Source of the DNA: the human T2T-CHM13v2.0 reference genome, Homo sapiens
DNA length: 64,000 nt
Reading direction: 5' to 3' (one strand)
Assembly (NCBI RefSeq): GCF_009914755.1
Contig: NC_060947.1
The translations under genes were made by a program, and so were the position numbers. The notes beneath the pieces were generated by a model. The model did not search any database. It saw only the letters and a program-made list of their open reading frames with translations, and had not been told where the DNA came from. Positions within the stretch are counted from its first letter, which is position 1. Each line of letters starts with the position of its first letter. This document shows, piece after piece, positions 39,105 to 53,981 of the stretch.

Positions 39105-40321
39105 CTAGAGTTTTTTTTTGTTTTGTTTTCCAACTGAGGTAGAGATGAGGGAAGGTAGTATTAGGATAGTGGTTAAAACCATCGGATTTAAAATTAAACA
39201 GATCTGGCTTTAAGTCCCAGCTCTACTACTTACTAGCAGTGTGGCCTTGCGAATGTCAAATGAGATATAAAGGACTTAGCAGAGGACCTGGCCAATTATG
39301 AGAGCTCAATAGTCTATTGTTATTTTGTTCACCCTTAAGACTATGTAAGCCTTAAGCCTTGTAATCTACTAAACACAATGAGCAGAAATCATTCATTTCC
39401 GCCTTCCAGATTTTCTCTTTATTCCAGACTTCCATGGAGCTAGAGCCTATAGTGTTGCCAGCTGTGTATGTCTTACTAAATTTGAAAAAATAATTTATTT
39501 TTTTCTTATAGGTTATTCATGCTCATTGCAAAACATTCATAAAATTGGGAAAAATAAAACACATAATTTATAAATAAACACACAAAGAAAAAACCATGAG
39601 AAATATTTTGGTGAATATCTTTCCCGGATTTTTCTTTCTATATATTGCTATAACATTTAAAAAATAGAGTAAGAAATCCATTATAAAGGAGAAAGGAAAG
39701 GCTTAGCTTCAATTCCAGAGCAGCCTGGTTCTGTTCCTTTTATGGCAATAAGGCAAAGCTTGTATTCAGGTAGAGCACCACATAACAGTGGTCTTTGACC
39801 AGTGTAAAATGGCTTGTTTATGCACAGGTCTATAAAGGCCATCCTTCTCTGAGCCTGGAAACTTTCTTTTCTCCAAACATTGAAAAACTTTGGGCTTAAT
39901 TATAACTTGTCCTTTTAGGCAAACCTTATGCTTGACTAGTACATTGTTTTTTAACTTCGGTTGATTGAATTCCTCATGAATAATCTAAGAATTACAACCC
40001 AGTGCAACCACTGACTTTTTGCAGCATTGGGCTTAAATGTTTTGTGATGAACTCTTTCCCCCACTCCCCCTCAGGTTATGATATGATATCAATCTGCCTA
40101 AAATTAGGTTTCAATAGTACAAAATAATATATATTTTAATATTGATCCAAAAAATTTTCATCCACAGTTTAAAATTTCACTAGTGTAAAGGCATAAAAAT
40201 CTCTGTTCTTCAATATTCTCAAAAATGTGAAATGATTTAAATGTAAAGCATTTATTGCTTTAACTTGTGACTATACAGTTTGATTACCTACTGATAATAA
40301 CCTGGTGTTTATTCTGTCTGT

Positions 40322-42035
40322 TCTTTTTATTTTTTAATTTTTAATTTTTAATTTTGTGGACACATAGTAGGTGTATATATTTATGGGGTACATGCAATGT
40401 TTTGATACAGGCATAAAATGTGAAATGATCACATGGAGAATAGGGTATCCATCCCCACAAGTATTTATCCTTTGTGCTACAAACAATCCAATTACACTCT
40501 TTTGGTTATTTTAAAATGTACAATTAAGTTATTACAGTTGTGTTATCAAATAGTAGATCTTACACATTATTTCTAACTATTTTGTATACCCATTAACCCT
40601 TCCCACATTTCCCCGATCCCCCCATTACCCTTCCCAGCCTCTGGTAACCACCTTTCTACTCTCTATGGCCAAGAAGAGTTCAATTGTTTTGATTTTAAGA
40701 TCCCACAAAAAAGTGAGAACATGTGATATTTGTCTTTCTTTGCCTGGCTTATTTCACTTAACATAATAATCTCCAGTTTCACCCATGTTGTAGCAAATGA
40801 CTGAATTTCATTCTTTTTTATGACCGAATAGTACTCCACTGTGTATATGCACCACATTTTCTTTACCCATTAATCTATTGATGGACATTTAGGTTGCTTC
40901 TGAATCTCAGCTATTGTGAATAGTGCTGCCATAAACATGGTGGTGCAGATATCTCTTTGATGCACTGATTTACTTTCTTTTATGCATATACCCATTACTG
41001 GGCTTGCTGGATCTTATGGCAGTCCTATTTTTAGTTCTTTAAGAAACCTAGTAGTGTTCCCATTTCTCCACATCCTCACCAGCATGCATTACTTTGTTGT
41101 TTTGTTAAAAATGATTTTAACTGGGATGAGATGGTATCTCCTTGTGGTTTTGATTTTCATTTCTCTAATGATTACTGATACTAAGCATATTTTCCATATG
41201 CCTGTTGGGCATTTTTATGTCTTCTTTTGAGAAATGTCTATTCAGATCTTTTGATCATTTTTAATAGGATTATTTGTGTATTTTTTGCTATTGAGTTGTT
41301 TGAGTTCCTTATATATCCTGGTTATCAACCCCTTGTCAGTTGAATAGTTTCCAAATATTTTCTCCTATTCTTTAGGTTGTCTCTTCACCCTGTTAATTGT
41401 TTTCTTTGCTGTGCAGAAGCTTTTTAGCTTGACATGATCCAATTTGTACATTTTTGCTTTGGTCGCCTGTGCTTTTGAGGTCATATTGAAGAAATCTTTG
41501 CCAAGACCAATGTTGGGAAGCATTTCTCCAATTTTTGTGAAGTAGTTTCATAGTCTCAGATCTTAGATTTAAATATTTAATCCGTTTAAATTTGATTTTT
41601 GTATATGGCAATAGGGGTATAGTTTCATTCTGCTGCATAAGGATATCTAGATTTCCCAGCACCTTTATTAAACAGAGTGTCTTTTTCCCAGTGTATATTC
41701 TTGGAATCTTTGTGGAAAATAAGTTGACTGTAAATGCATGGATTTTTTTCTGTTTCATTGGTCTATGTGTCTGGTTTTATGCCAGTACCATGCTGTTTTG
41801 GTTACTATAGCTCTGTAGTATAATTTGAAGTCAGGTAATGTGATGCCCTGAGTTTATTTTTTGCTCAGGATTTCTCTGGCTATTGTGGGTCTTTGTGTGG
41901 TTTTATGTAAATTTAAAAATTGCATTTTCTGTTCCTGCGAAGGATGTTATTAATTTTTTATAGGTATTACTTTGAGTCTGTAGATTGCTTTGGCTAGTAT
42001 GTACAGTTTAACAATATTGATTCTTCCAATTCATG
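40322..42035 (-). mobile_element. L1MA (L1MA2/3-like) 3' portion
   Basis: gtaggtgtatatatttatggggtacatg..cccttcccagcctctggtaacca; ORF2 C-terminus (MWCIYTVEYYSVIKKNEI). Confidence 0.92.
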
Positions 42036-44312
42036 TTTGCTGTTTACACATAGAAATGCTATTGATTTTCCTTTATTTTAGCTATACTAGAATGAGGCTA
42101 AAGAGAAACATTATTTGCACAGGAAAATGTTGAATTATGTTTTAAATTCAATATAAATTAATATTTTGTTTTGTAATATATTTTTTGCTTTTCTTCATTG
42201 TAAAGGAATAATTCATTTATATGTTTTTATAAATTTTAACACTATTCATAACTCATAATTATGCATAATGCCATAAATACATTTTCTCCATTTTAGTATA
42301 GTTAAAAAAACAAAGAATACTTGGTTTTGATTGGTTGCTATTATGCAGAGGAGGGGCCTTTATACGTGTAGCTGATTCAATTGGTATCTCAAAGACTCTT
42401 CGCTAAGACACGCCCTGATTCTCTCACCTTATGTTTATGTCTGGCTTCTGCCATTAGGAACCTATTTCTTGCTGGATTCTAGATAGTCCCACTGGTTGGA
42501 AGTGTCTAGGGCTACAGTGAATTCTAATCAATTGTTTTTTCATCTTTCCAGAAATAAAACTTTCATTTAAATAACAAACAAGTATTTATGAGTTGCTACT
42601 AAACACTTAGCATTGTTCTCGTTATAAGACATAAAAAAAAATTTTAAAATAAGGTCCTTGCTTTCAGAGGTCTTATAATCTACTTATTGAGGAAAAGATA
42701 TACATATATGAAATAATAAGTTGACAACAAAGGAGGATAGGAAGTGCTTAAGTGTATGTAACGACTAAGAGCATTTACCCACAGTAATTACTTGATCTAG
42801 GCCAGAGTTCCTGTGGAGAAAGGAGGGTTTGATAACTGAAAGAATAGCAGGAAAGGTGTAGGTAGACAAAGAAAAGGAGACTGGCTTTATACCTCCCTCA
42901 ACATTGAAGACCTAGAGGCTGTAGCATTTTCTGCCTGCTTCTTCCTTTTGCCTTCCACAATAATTTGTTTCAAGCTTCAATGTCATTAGATACTGCAGAG
43001 CTTCTGATTCAAATTAACTACTTTAAGTGATTAGGACAACTTGTAAGCAGGTACTCATTAAATCTTCTGGAAACTTGCCATAAAGCACTTAATTTTTTAA
43101 AATCTTCTGTATATGTGGAGTTTTTTTTATCTACATCCACCTTCCAGGACTGTCAGCTCCTGCAAGACAGTGACAATGACTTCTGTATGTCTCTATTTTA
43201 CTCAGTAACTAGGATAAAATAGACAACAAATATTTATTGAAGATCTGTTTTATTTATTAATTCATTTATTATTAGTATTAATTGTCTTATGTGTGCCTTT
43301 TAGAGAAAAGTTAGACTGGTAAAATATTTTGGGGGCTGGTGGGAATATTATTATTTGATAGCTTGATTAAAAATGCCTAGTAGCCCAAATTAAAGTACGA
43401 AGTACTATCCTAAAAAATTACAGAGGTACCACTCTTTTTTCATTATGAGAGCTTTGTTATACTTCAACACATTATATAGTAATGGGTGAAAGCAAAAAAA
43501 AATGATCTTTTGATGGTTGAATAATGGTCTAAATAGAAAGCTGTTCTCACTTTCTTTAACATCTTTGTTATAATATCTTTTTTAAAACCTTCACTTTTAT
43601 TATTTGGTTCTTAAGTGGCTATCCTTAAATAAATCACATTTATCTACTATAAAAATAGTTTTGTTAAAACAAAGCTTTGGAATTTCACAGTGAAAAGACA
43701 AAGGACTACAAATGAAAAAGGTCAACCAAAGGTGAGGGTCTGATGAATAAAAATACTCTGTTGTATATGACAAGCGTGGGGCACCATCTGATAGTGGAGG
43801 GAAAAGTAATGAAAAAGGTAGGAACAACAGGCCTCATAAAGCATATGAGAATTATTACCAAATTAGAACACAGAACGTGCCAAATTATAAGAAGCAACAT
43901 TTAACGTGGGCAGGCTTCATTTGTTTTGCGTGGAGAGCTACAGGAACCATGTCTGATTATCACTGGGGATTGACACAGACCTTTCTGACAAGTATTCTAA
44001 ATAATAGATTCTAGTTCTAGCCATTACCAAGAAAAGTGAATAGTTATAACTTGATTTCAAAGCAATTTACTATTGCACCATATAGAGTTTGTTGTATAAA
44101 GGGAAATCATAAGATACACAGACTGCATAAAATAGAACATGTGTCTTATATTTCATCATAGATTTTGTTGTGTTTTAGATATTTGTTTTTTCTTATGAAG
44201 TACAAACTTAGGGGGCTTAAGCAACTCGTTGTTAGAAGGATATTAACAATTTATTTTTAATATGGAAAATAAACATATCTATATAGAATAATTTTTGTCT
44301 ATTTTAATGAAG

Positions 44313-44500
44313 TGGCATTGTGTAATGGAAAGGCCATGAGCTCTGGAATCAGTCAGAGCTCAGTTCAAATCTCTGTTCTGCAACATACTAGTTGATGATT
44401 AATTTAGGCCCAGTTAGTATTTGCACTTCATTTATTATTGTGAGGTTATAGTGAGGATTAAATGGAATAATATATAAGTAATTTTAATATAGTAAACATT
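44313..44500 (+). mobile_element. MIR SINE
   Basis: gtggcattgtgtaatggaaagg..gctctggaatcagtcag..gttcaaatc..gtgaggattaaatggaataa. Confidence 0.65.
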
Positions 44501-44895
44501 CAAATATCAGCAATTTCAAATGTTTTAGGCACATGCTATATTTAATAGTTAATAAATCAAAATACATTTTAATCTTGCTTTATCCCTAAATTTTACTTGA
44601 ATATCTTTTCTTTACCTGACCTTGCCACTTTGACTAGCTGTTATTTCCCTAGCTAAAAGAAATGAATTAACCATATCTCTGGTTTTGCACAATTGATATT
44701 TCATCTGCACCTCTCTTAAACCTTTTTAAGGTGACATTTCTGCAAAAGAATTAGAGAATACTTGAGCTGTGGGAGACTTAAAACCACATATACTTCATTT
44801 ATCTTTTGTCTGGCAATTGTTATAAGACAGAAAATGTGTATGTCTGTACTTAAAAAAATAGAAAAATTACAATTGAATTTTAAAAATACATGCAA

Positions 44896-45030
44896 ATTGT
44901 ATTTCTAACTTCATATATATGATATATATATATGAAGTTAGAAATACAATATATATATCATATATATGATATATATGATATATATAGTCATATATATCAC
45001 ACTGTCATCATATATCATATATATATATAT
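44896..45030. repeat. 25-bp perfect inverted repeat followed by (TA)-rich tract
   Basis: ATTGTATTTCTAACTTCATATATAT (44896-44920), GATAT spacer, reverse complement at 44926-44950. Confidence 0.9.
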
Positions 45031-46373
45031 ACTGTCAAGATGATGTCATGTCACCTTAGATCATAAAGTGATTGAGAACAGGAATCATGTCATGAGGGGA
45101 AATCATATAGGACCATGGTGATCAGTGATTAAAAACTGCAAACAAAGAACTATCCTGTGCTGAAAAACACCAGGCAACATGTAGTATTTCAGGAATTTCA
45201 GCAGTTGCTCAATGTGAAGCTTGCTCTCTGAGGATTTTATTATTCCATTTCTCTCAAACAATCACAAATTTACCCAAGAGAATGGATATTAGTAGTTACT
45301 GAACTGCTTTATTCTTTCTGTTTGTTTTACAGAAGAGAAAATAAAAAATGAAGCCTGTATGATAACAGGTGGGAAAACAAGAAATTGATGGTAATTGTCA
45401 AGTCACCAAATGCCATTTATTAGAAGATATTATTGAACATCATTAAACAATAAGGAAATGAATTCTCTGGAGATTAATTAGCACTTGACAATTCACTTAA
45501 GGCTTTTTATGCCCACATTATTTTTTGAATATTTTAATATTTTCCAGAAACTTTAAAAAATAAAAATAAATACATAAAATTTCACTGGCCAAATAAAAAC
45601 ATTATTTATGTGACACATTTGTAACAGGAACTCAGATTCCTTCTTCAAAATTTGCACACAGAACTACAACTGAACTCAAAAAATCTGTAACAGATTGAGA
45701 GCAGATTGTTGACTATCACATTTTTGGAAGACTGGCTGCTTACTAGTAGACCAAGCCTATCTACTTAAAGTAGCTGAGGCTGAAATGAAAATACTGCAAT
45801 TAAAAACATTTTAAAAATATAGTCCTGGAACACTATCATCATGAAACTCTTCTAGCTTTTGGAAGAGATTCTAAACTATTTAGAGAACAAAGAAGCAACA
45901 TCATAGTTGCTTGACAGGAGAGGCATTACTTTAGGACTAAACTGATAAGAGAGAAAATGCAATTTAACAGATAAAATGACATACATTGGTAACAATGCCT
46001 GACTCTGAGTGTAACAAATACTTTGAAATAATATCTTCAAAAATTGAAACAATAACCAGAAAACATCATTTTATAAACTGCTGTGAAACAAAAGCTTCTT
46101 ATATTCTCCTCTTGCTTCCAAAGAGAAATAGCCATAAATGTTTCTTAAAATAGTGGGAGGTAGGTTATACTGGACTGATGCCGAATGTCAGAAAATTTAC
46201 GCACCCAGCTAATGAAAGAAAACATAAAACAGCAAGTCAGCAAGAAAATGTGACTCTAACTTTCAAGAAGTGGAAAAGCAAAACATCATGTTGACTGAAC
46301 ATGTTATACTTGAAAAGCATTAAACCATCATTCACACAAATGAAATACTTTGTGTTTATTTGAATTATATAAG

Positions 46374-47069
46374 TGTAACCACCCAGTGGGTTCACCTTGC
46401 CTGCTGCCTAGACAGAGCCGATTTACCAATACAGCAGAATCGCAATAGAGAAAGAGTAATTCACGCAGAGCCGGCTGTGTGGGAGATGAGAGTTTTATTA
46501 CTACTCAAATCAGTCTCTCCGAGCATTGGATCAGAGTTTTTAAGGACAACTTGGTGGGTTGGGGGAAGCCAGCAAACCAGGAGTGCTGATTGGTTAGGTA
46601 GGCGATTAAATCATGGGGAATTGATACTGTCCTCTTGTGCTGAGTCAGTTCCTGGGTGGGGGCCACAAGGTCAGATGAGCCAGTTAATCGATCTGGGTGA
46701 TGCCAGTTGATCTATCAAGTGCGGAGTCTGCAAAATAACTCAAGCACTGATTTAGAAGCAGTTTAGGGAGGGTCAGAATCTTGTACCCTCTAGCTGTATG
46801 ACCCCTAAACCATAATTTCTAACCTTATGGCTAATTTGTTAGTCCTACAAAAGCATTCTAGTTCCCAGGCAAGAAGGAGGTTTGTTTTGGAAAAGGACTG
46901 TTACCATCTTTGTTTTATACTATGAACTATAAACTAAGTTTCTCCCAAAGTTACTTCAGCCTACACGCAGGAATGAAAAAGGACAGCTTAAAGTTTAGAA
47001 AGCAAGATGGAGCCAGCTAGGTTAGATCTTTTTCACTGGCTCAGTCATAATTTTGCAAAGGCAGTTTCA
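46374..47069 (-). mobile_element. Solo LTR8 (ERV1)
   Basis: Minus strand starts TGAAACTGCCTTTGCAAAATTATGACTGAG and ends GGCAAGGTGAACCCACTGGGTGGTTACA; 4-bp TSD TAAG at 46370-46373 and 47070-47073. Confidence 0.9.
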
Positions 47070-47089
47070 TAAGCATGTGGGCCCTGGAG

Positions 47090-47285
47090 ACAGCTCTTCT
47101 ACTTCCTCGCCTTGTGACTTGACCAAGTTATTTAATTTCCATGCCTTACTCATATGTAGCATGGAGGTAGTTAGAGTGTCTATTACATAAAGGTGGATCT
47201 GAGAATTAATTGAAATAAAATAGATGAAACACTTAGAAAATATACTCATCAAAAAATAAGCACTTAACAAATTTAGCCATAATTT
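47090..47285 (+). mobile_element. MIR SINE
   Basis: tgtgacttgaccaagttatttaatttccatgcctt..gagaattaattgaaataa..aaacacttagaa. Confidence 0.65.
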
Positions 47286-49029
47286 TATATAAATATGGAT
47301 ATGTATATTTTTTCCTCACCAGTCGGTTAAAAAAGAACAAGGACTAAGCTTATCAAATAGCATTTTCAAATAATTGGCTGTCTCAAGTAAGTTTGCTTCT
47401 AACTGATTCCATGGGTTTAATTGGAGTGGAGCAATCCCAGACAGCCTACAGTAACTTTAAGTAAAAATATCAACAGGTTATTACTGATATTAAAAAAGTT
47501 GAAGAGGAGTAATTTATTCCAAGAGACCCTTTGTGAGTCTGGGTTTAGCTAGAGCTAAAACTGGAAACTGTGTTTTTACTGATCACCGCTTTACCTTCTG
47601 CTTTGGGGTTTATGTATGGTAATTTTCTGGCCATTTTCAGGATATATTTCCAGGGTAGATTAGTTTAAGCTAAAGGTTAGCAACCTGGTTTTTATGTTCT
47701 GAGTGCCACATTACAAGATTTAAAGTTGTTTGTTTATCCTGGGTTGGCTCTGGGCAAAATTGAGGATTAGACAACCCTGACTTATATCTTTAGTTTATAC
47801 CTCAGATTCCTAGTTTAACATTCTTATCCTTCTGGCTTTTAATGAGTCATTTTCTGGGAATTTCTCATTTTTAAAGGGTTATACTAGAGGTGGAAGAATA
47901 TTTGTCTTTACTGTAGCTTCTGAAATGAGCGCAGTGAGGTGAGTTGCTATCACCCTTCCTCACATCTTCAGTAGAGAATAATTTAAAAATAATTCAGTGT
48001 AAGAGGTGACAAATTGTTGCTCATCCCATGTACAGTATTCTCCCCATTTGTGCCTCTTTCTGCCCACCCACCGGAAATTAGAAAAATATCTAAATATCTG
48101 AACCCTAAATGAATAAGAGCAGGAAGAAACCCTTGTAGACCAGAAGCCATTTTGGTGGATTGAAAGGTGCATTGAAATGTTATTAAGGGACTTTGGAAGG
48201 ATTATTAGGAGGATAAAAACACAATTTTGAAAGTGTAGCAAATAGAATAAAACAGTAAAATTTCCCTGAACATGAAATATTGCTTTTATTAATAATACTA
48301 CAGTGCTTTAGAGGCTACGAGAATGTATTTCTCCTTCTTAGCACCTACCTCTTATTGATTTGCTGCCAACAAATGATTACAATCTGTCGGTGCAACCTTA
48401 TTTAAGGTGGACAGATAAAACAAAGCAGACAAGTAGTTCTCAGCCCACAAAAGGATATAGAAACTGTCATTCATTTAGAAAACTAAACATTTAATAGTCT
48501 TAAAGTGTTATTGTATAAATTCTTGGAAAATGGCATGTTTTACATATGGAACAAAGTAAGGCACCATGAGTACCAGAAATCCAATTTAATCTTCAAGAGT
48601 GTTAGTGTGATCACTTTTCCTTAAAGTTAAATGCAAATATTACTCTCACACATTCTTTTTTCTTCAGAATTATTACTTGTGCTATGAACATGAAATGCTA
48701 TGTGGAAGCTAACTTTTCTCAGAAGTACCATACTAATATCAAGTACTTTGTGAAGATGTGGATCAGTATTTGTTAGTCACATTCCTATTTTCATCTTCCT
48801 TGGTGTTTCTAGCACTGGAAGTAACCATGAATGGAATTGACCTTACATTTGTTTCACTGTCATTTTTTGTCTTTTTTGAAGAGCATTAGGTATGGCAAAT
48901 ATTGTTGTTTGTGTAAAAATATGCCAGCTAAACTTAGGATTGCATCAGAAGCAAATAAATTAAAATTGCAATATACTATATTTGCTTTACTTTTCATAGG
49001 CAGACTATGTTATATTTCCATTTACGTAG

Positions 49030-49300
49030 GGAGTGTGTAATAGTAAGGTTAAGAAGCAGTCTCTGGAAACTGACTACCTAAATTCAAATCCTAGCTTCCC
49101 TTTTTAGCCTTATGGCTCTGAGAAAGTTACAGAATCACTCTAGGCCTTAGATTCCTCAACTGTAAAAGGAGAGTGGTAATAATGTTTCGAGAGTGGTAAT
49201 CTGTAAACCAGATTCTTCTGCCAGCTATTGTGAGAATTACATGCAGATAATACAAGCAGCTTAACACAGAGCCTGGTACATAGTAAGCTCAAAGTAAATG
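49030..49300 (+). mobile_element. MIR SINE
   Basis: ggttaagaagcagtctctgg..ttcaaatcctagct..ttcctcaactgtaaaagg..cacagagcctggtacatagtaagctc. Confidence 0.75.
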
Positions 49301-52222
49301 TTAGGTTTTTTGTTTGTTTGTTTGTTTGTTTTTGTTTTTTTTTCTACTACTGCTACTATTGCCACGACTTAAGCTGCTGCTGCTGCTACTGTGACTACTA
49401 CTACAAATACCAAAACTATTATAGTATAATAGAACAAATATATGGATGCTCCTAGTACTACTACCAAGAGTATCCAATACCACCATTATTGCTAAAATGA
49501 GAACTGAGCAGTTCCTGTCATTCTTCTTTTTCTGAGGCTTACATCTTCCCACTTCACCCTGACTTAGAAGGAGTAAAAATTACCACTGCCTTCAACACTA
49601 TTGTTTCAACTTCCCATCCTAACACATACATGTATGCACCTTGATAATGTCTGCATGAGTGCTGTTGAAGTACTGACTGTATCTTGGGGAATGCTGACCC
49701 CAGCAGGAAAATACATACTGTCTGTGTCTTTTCTTCAAATCCTGCCCCAGGCTGAGTGACATATGGTGCCCCCAAACCAACCCTGCGATAAGACTTTATT
49801 GTTGGCTGCAGCTAAACCCTCTTCTCAGTCCAACCCGTACGTTGAAAAAATGCCATTCATAATGAGGTGATATACACATACGTAGCACCTTTTTCATCCT
49901 GAAAGCATAACGGCTTCATTGCTAGTTAAATTGAGCTGTCTTTCTTTTTAATCTCACATTTTATAGGCTGAATAGGAATTCAGTTTATAGTTTATAATCT
50001 TTTCTTGACATTTATATTCTATTTCCCTCCTCCTTCACAAATGAACAGAGTCATTGCAGATTTTTCCTGGGAGACTATGAAACTTACTCTAGCAATACTG
50101 AGAGGCACATTAGAAAAAATGCTTAGGATTTTAAGAATGAATAATAAGGCAGCCCAGGGTATGCTTTATTATCCATTAACATGTGTTTAGGTTGGCCATT
50201 TATAGTAAAACCACCAGCTGAATGTCATACAAGTTCATAGAAGGCTGTATCTAGTTTATTCTGAGCCACTGGAAACTCTAAGCAGGGTTGTAAAATGTTC
50301 TTGTTTCCTAAATACCGTTTAAAATAAAATCGGACAAAAAATCTACTTTGTGTCTATATGCTATTATAGCTGACAGGTAAGAAAAATGCCAGGGATAATT
50401 GAGGAGGTTTCTGTATAAAATGTTAACACCTAACAAGAGCAAGCTTTCAACATAAAGGCAAAGATTTCTATAGATTTATATATAGGTTTGTGTGAAAATT
50501 TAGGGGATAAAACAGATCCTGTTTCTAATGCCATTTTATTTCTAAACGGTAATGTGTAGATATTCACTGCCTGTGGCGTAAGGAGAGAAGAGGAAGAAAT
50601 ACCTATCATAATATAGTCCAGGGGTGCCTGCAACTTCATAAACCTGGCATTGCAATTTAGCTTAATGCTGTGCCTAGATATGGTGGGGGGCGGGGAGGGA
50701 GAGGTGAGCTGAGTACAGGCCGTACGAGGCCATGGTATTTTTTCCCTTTGGACTGGAGCCATATTAAATGATATTTTTGCAATTCTATTAAATTAGAAGG
50801 GTAGAGTCATTGGTGCATCAGAATATTCTCAATCCTTTTGGTTTGGAGACCTACATAGAATCAGCAGTAAGCAAAAATGAAAGGTCAGAATCCTGTCAAT
50901 ATTTGACTGGCTGAAACAAGACATACACCTAAGCTGACTAAATGTAATTTGATCAAAAGTGTGATGGCTGACTTGTCTGTTTAGCCCAAATTGTAATTTG
51001 GTCCCAAATTACAATTGTCACTAGCATTGAGTTCTGGTCATTTCAATACAGAATAAGGGTGATTGGAAATGTTATGTGTAGGCATTTGTTGGAACAACTT
51101 AAATGTTCAGAAATAGAGGAGTACTTAAACTACTAAAAATAATAATATAAACACAACAATATTTGGCTTTGGAAGGTTTTGTTCCAAAGTGTTAGCAATA
51201 GTTTTCTCCAGATGGACGGGACTATGGGTATTATGTTCTTCCATTGCATATTTGTATTTTTCTCTGAGAGAGCCCTCTGCTTTCCTCTACTTTTGTAGTA
51301 ACAAAAATGGGAATTAAAAGAGCTAAGGAGACCAAATGAATTTTTTTAAAAGGAAATGTAAAAATCTGGAATTTTGGGTGAATTTAGCTTATATTTGTTT
51401 TAAGACAGTTATACCTGTTAGAATAGTTTGACTATGTTTTCATTTTCTGGCACCATGCCAAATATTTAAATTGAATTAAAATGTTTTGAAAAATAGACAC
51501 AAATTCTTAATCATCCACAAAGGGCTTCAGGACTATTCCTATGGCACTCCAAATGGACACATACTCAAAGAAAGAAAATATGTAATTTTACTCCACCCAA
51601 ATAAAATTTTGGCTAAATTGTCTTTTGGACAGCTTACTTCAGTTCAAATTTTGTGTAAAGATTTCTATTTTCAGTCCACCCGTCAAGGGACCTTGCATGA
51701 TTTTTCTGGTCTTTAAGTAAATCATGTGATAAACATTCGCAATAAAATGTGCAAAACGTGATGCATATTGAAAAGAGAGAGAAAAGGAGTAGTGTATACT
51801 TCAAGTAGTATATAACTCATGACTAGGAGTGAGATCTGTGGGACAATGATTTAACTGGTGCCCTTCAAATTATATTGGTACATAACAAAATACTTCTATC
51901 TGGTTAAGGCCAGATTTTGAGATCATAGAAAACTGTGAGCAATAAAAAGCTTTAACAGAGACTTGGGTCTCAGAACTCTGGACCCTGGATGGCAAGAGAA
52001 AAATCACTTTTCTTCCAAGCTTTGAAATATCTGGAAGTCTGAAAATCAACACAGGTCACATTAGGTAGCTTTTAGTTCACTAGCTTGGATCATCTTAGTG
52101 GTATTTATAAGACTGAAGAGAAATGCTACCTTTCGTTTGTGGAGATTGCTTTTGCAGAATATTCCATATTCCAGAGAATCCACATGAGACTAAAGAAGGG
52201 AGTTACGCCGTTTTCATTCTTT

Positions 52223-52331
52223 TTTTTTTGGAGATGGAGTCTCGCTCTGTCGCCCAGGATGGAGTGCAGTGACGCGATCTCGGCTCACTGCAACCTCCGC
52301 CTCCCAGATTCAAGCGATTCTCCCGCCTCAG
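52223..52331 (-). mobile_element. 5'-truncated Alu (AluS right-arm end) with 14-bp TSD
   Basis: TSD CGTTTTCATTCTTT at 52209-52222 and 52332-52345. Confidence 0.9.
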
Positions 52332-52359
52332 CGTTTTCATTCTTTAAAAAAGCCTGATA

Positions 52360-52925
<566 letters not shown>

Positions 52926-53934
52926 AAAAAAAAAAACCGGGAAAAAAATGATAACAATAAGAAGCAAAACTCAAAACACCACTAAAAAAACACAGCTATT
53001 TAAAGAAAACTCCTTGAAGGTAATTTTATGAATAAACTTTTAAAGGTTTAATTGGTTTAGGTTTTTAAATTATCACAAATCCTTGGAATTACAATCTAGT
53101 TTAATACTAATTTATTACAACACATTTATAATGCTTTTCCTTCTGTTGATTAATTACTAAGATCCTCTTCTTATTGGAAAATGTAGGCATTCTTGTGCTG
53201 ACTTTCTTAATTAACAAATGTGATGTGAATTCAATCACCAGAAAGGACCCATTTATTATAGCCTATAGGGTACTGGGGGGAGCAATTTGCTTCTACCTTG
53301 TTTTCCTGCTACCAGAGTTTTCCAGAAAGAAGCTCTTCATTGCAGCAAACATAGTCGTAATCCTCTTTACTGTTTTTTTTTGTTTTAACAGATAAAGAAA
53401 CTATTAAATAGTGAAATTTGAAATCTTCCACTTAGATGGAAACAAATGGGCCAACATTCCTTTTCAAGACCTTGAGATGGAGGTAGCTTAGTTTTAAGAG
53501 AGACAATCACAGTATCTGAAATAGCTTCTGCCATAACTCAAACTGGACATTTACAAAAGCTGAGATAGGATTTCCTTTTAAATCAATAGGAGAATAGGAG
53601 GAGGTGCCATTTACTCAAGTGGTTGACACCAATAGCTTCACAACAAATACTATATTTTAGCTACTTGAAAAGTAAGGTTGGGATTGGGGGCAGAAGGGGA
53701 CATAAATAAAATGCTTTTGGACTTTAATTGTAAGCCATTTATTCTCTTGGATTATTTCTTTGGCCTGTGCACGTTAACACTTGTCTTGAATTGTCACATC
53801 CCTGCACCTCAGTTCTGTAAAGCTAGTTGACCGAATCTTGGAAAAAATATCTAAAGATGTTGGGTAACTGAATGAGAGAATGAGATGATATTTGATATTC
53901 TGGCTATAAATTTTAACTAGAATAATGGTGGATA

Positions 53935-53936
<2 letters not shown>

Positions 53937-53980
<44 letters not shown>
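53937..53980. repeat. (TG)22 microsatellite
   Basis: Read directly. Confidence 0.95.
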
Positions 53981-53981
<1 letters not shown>

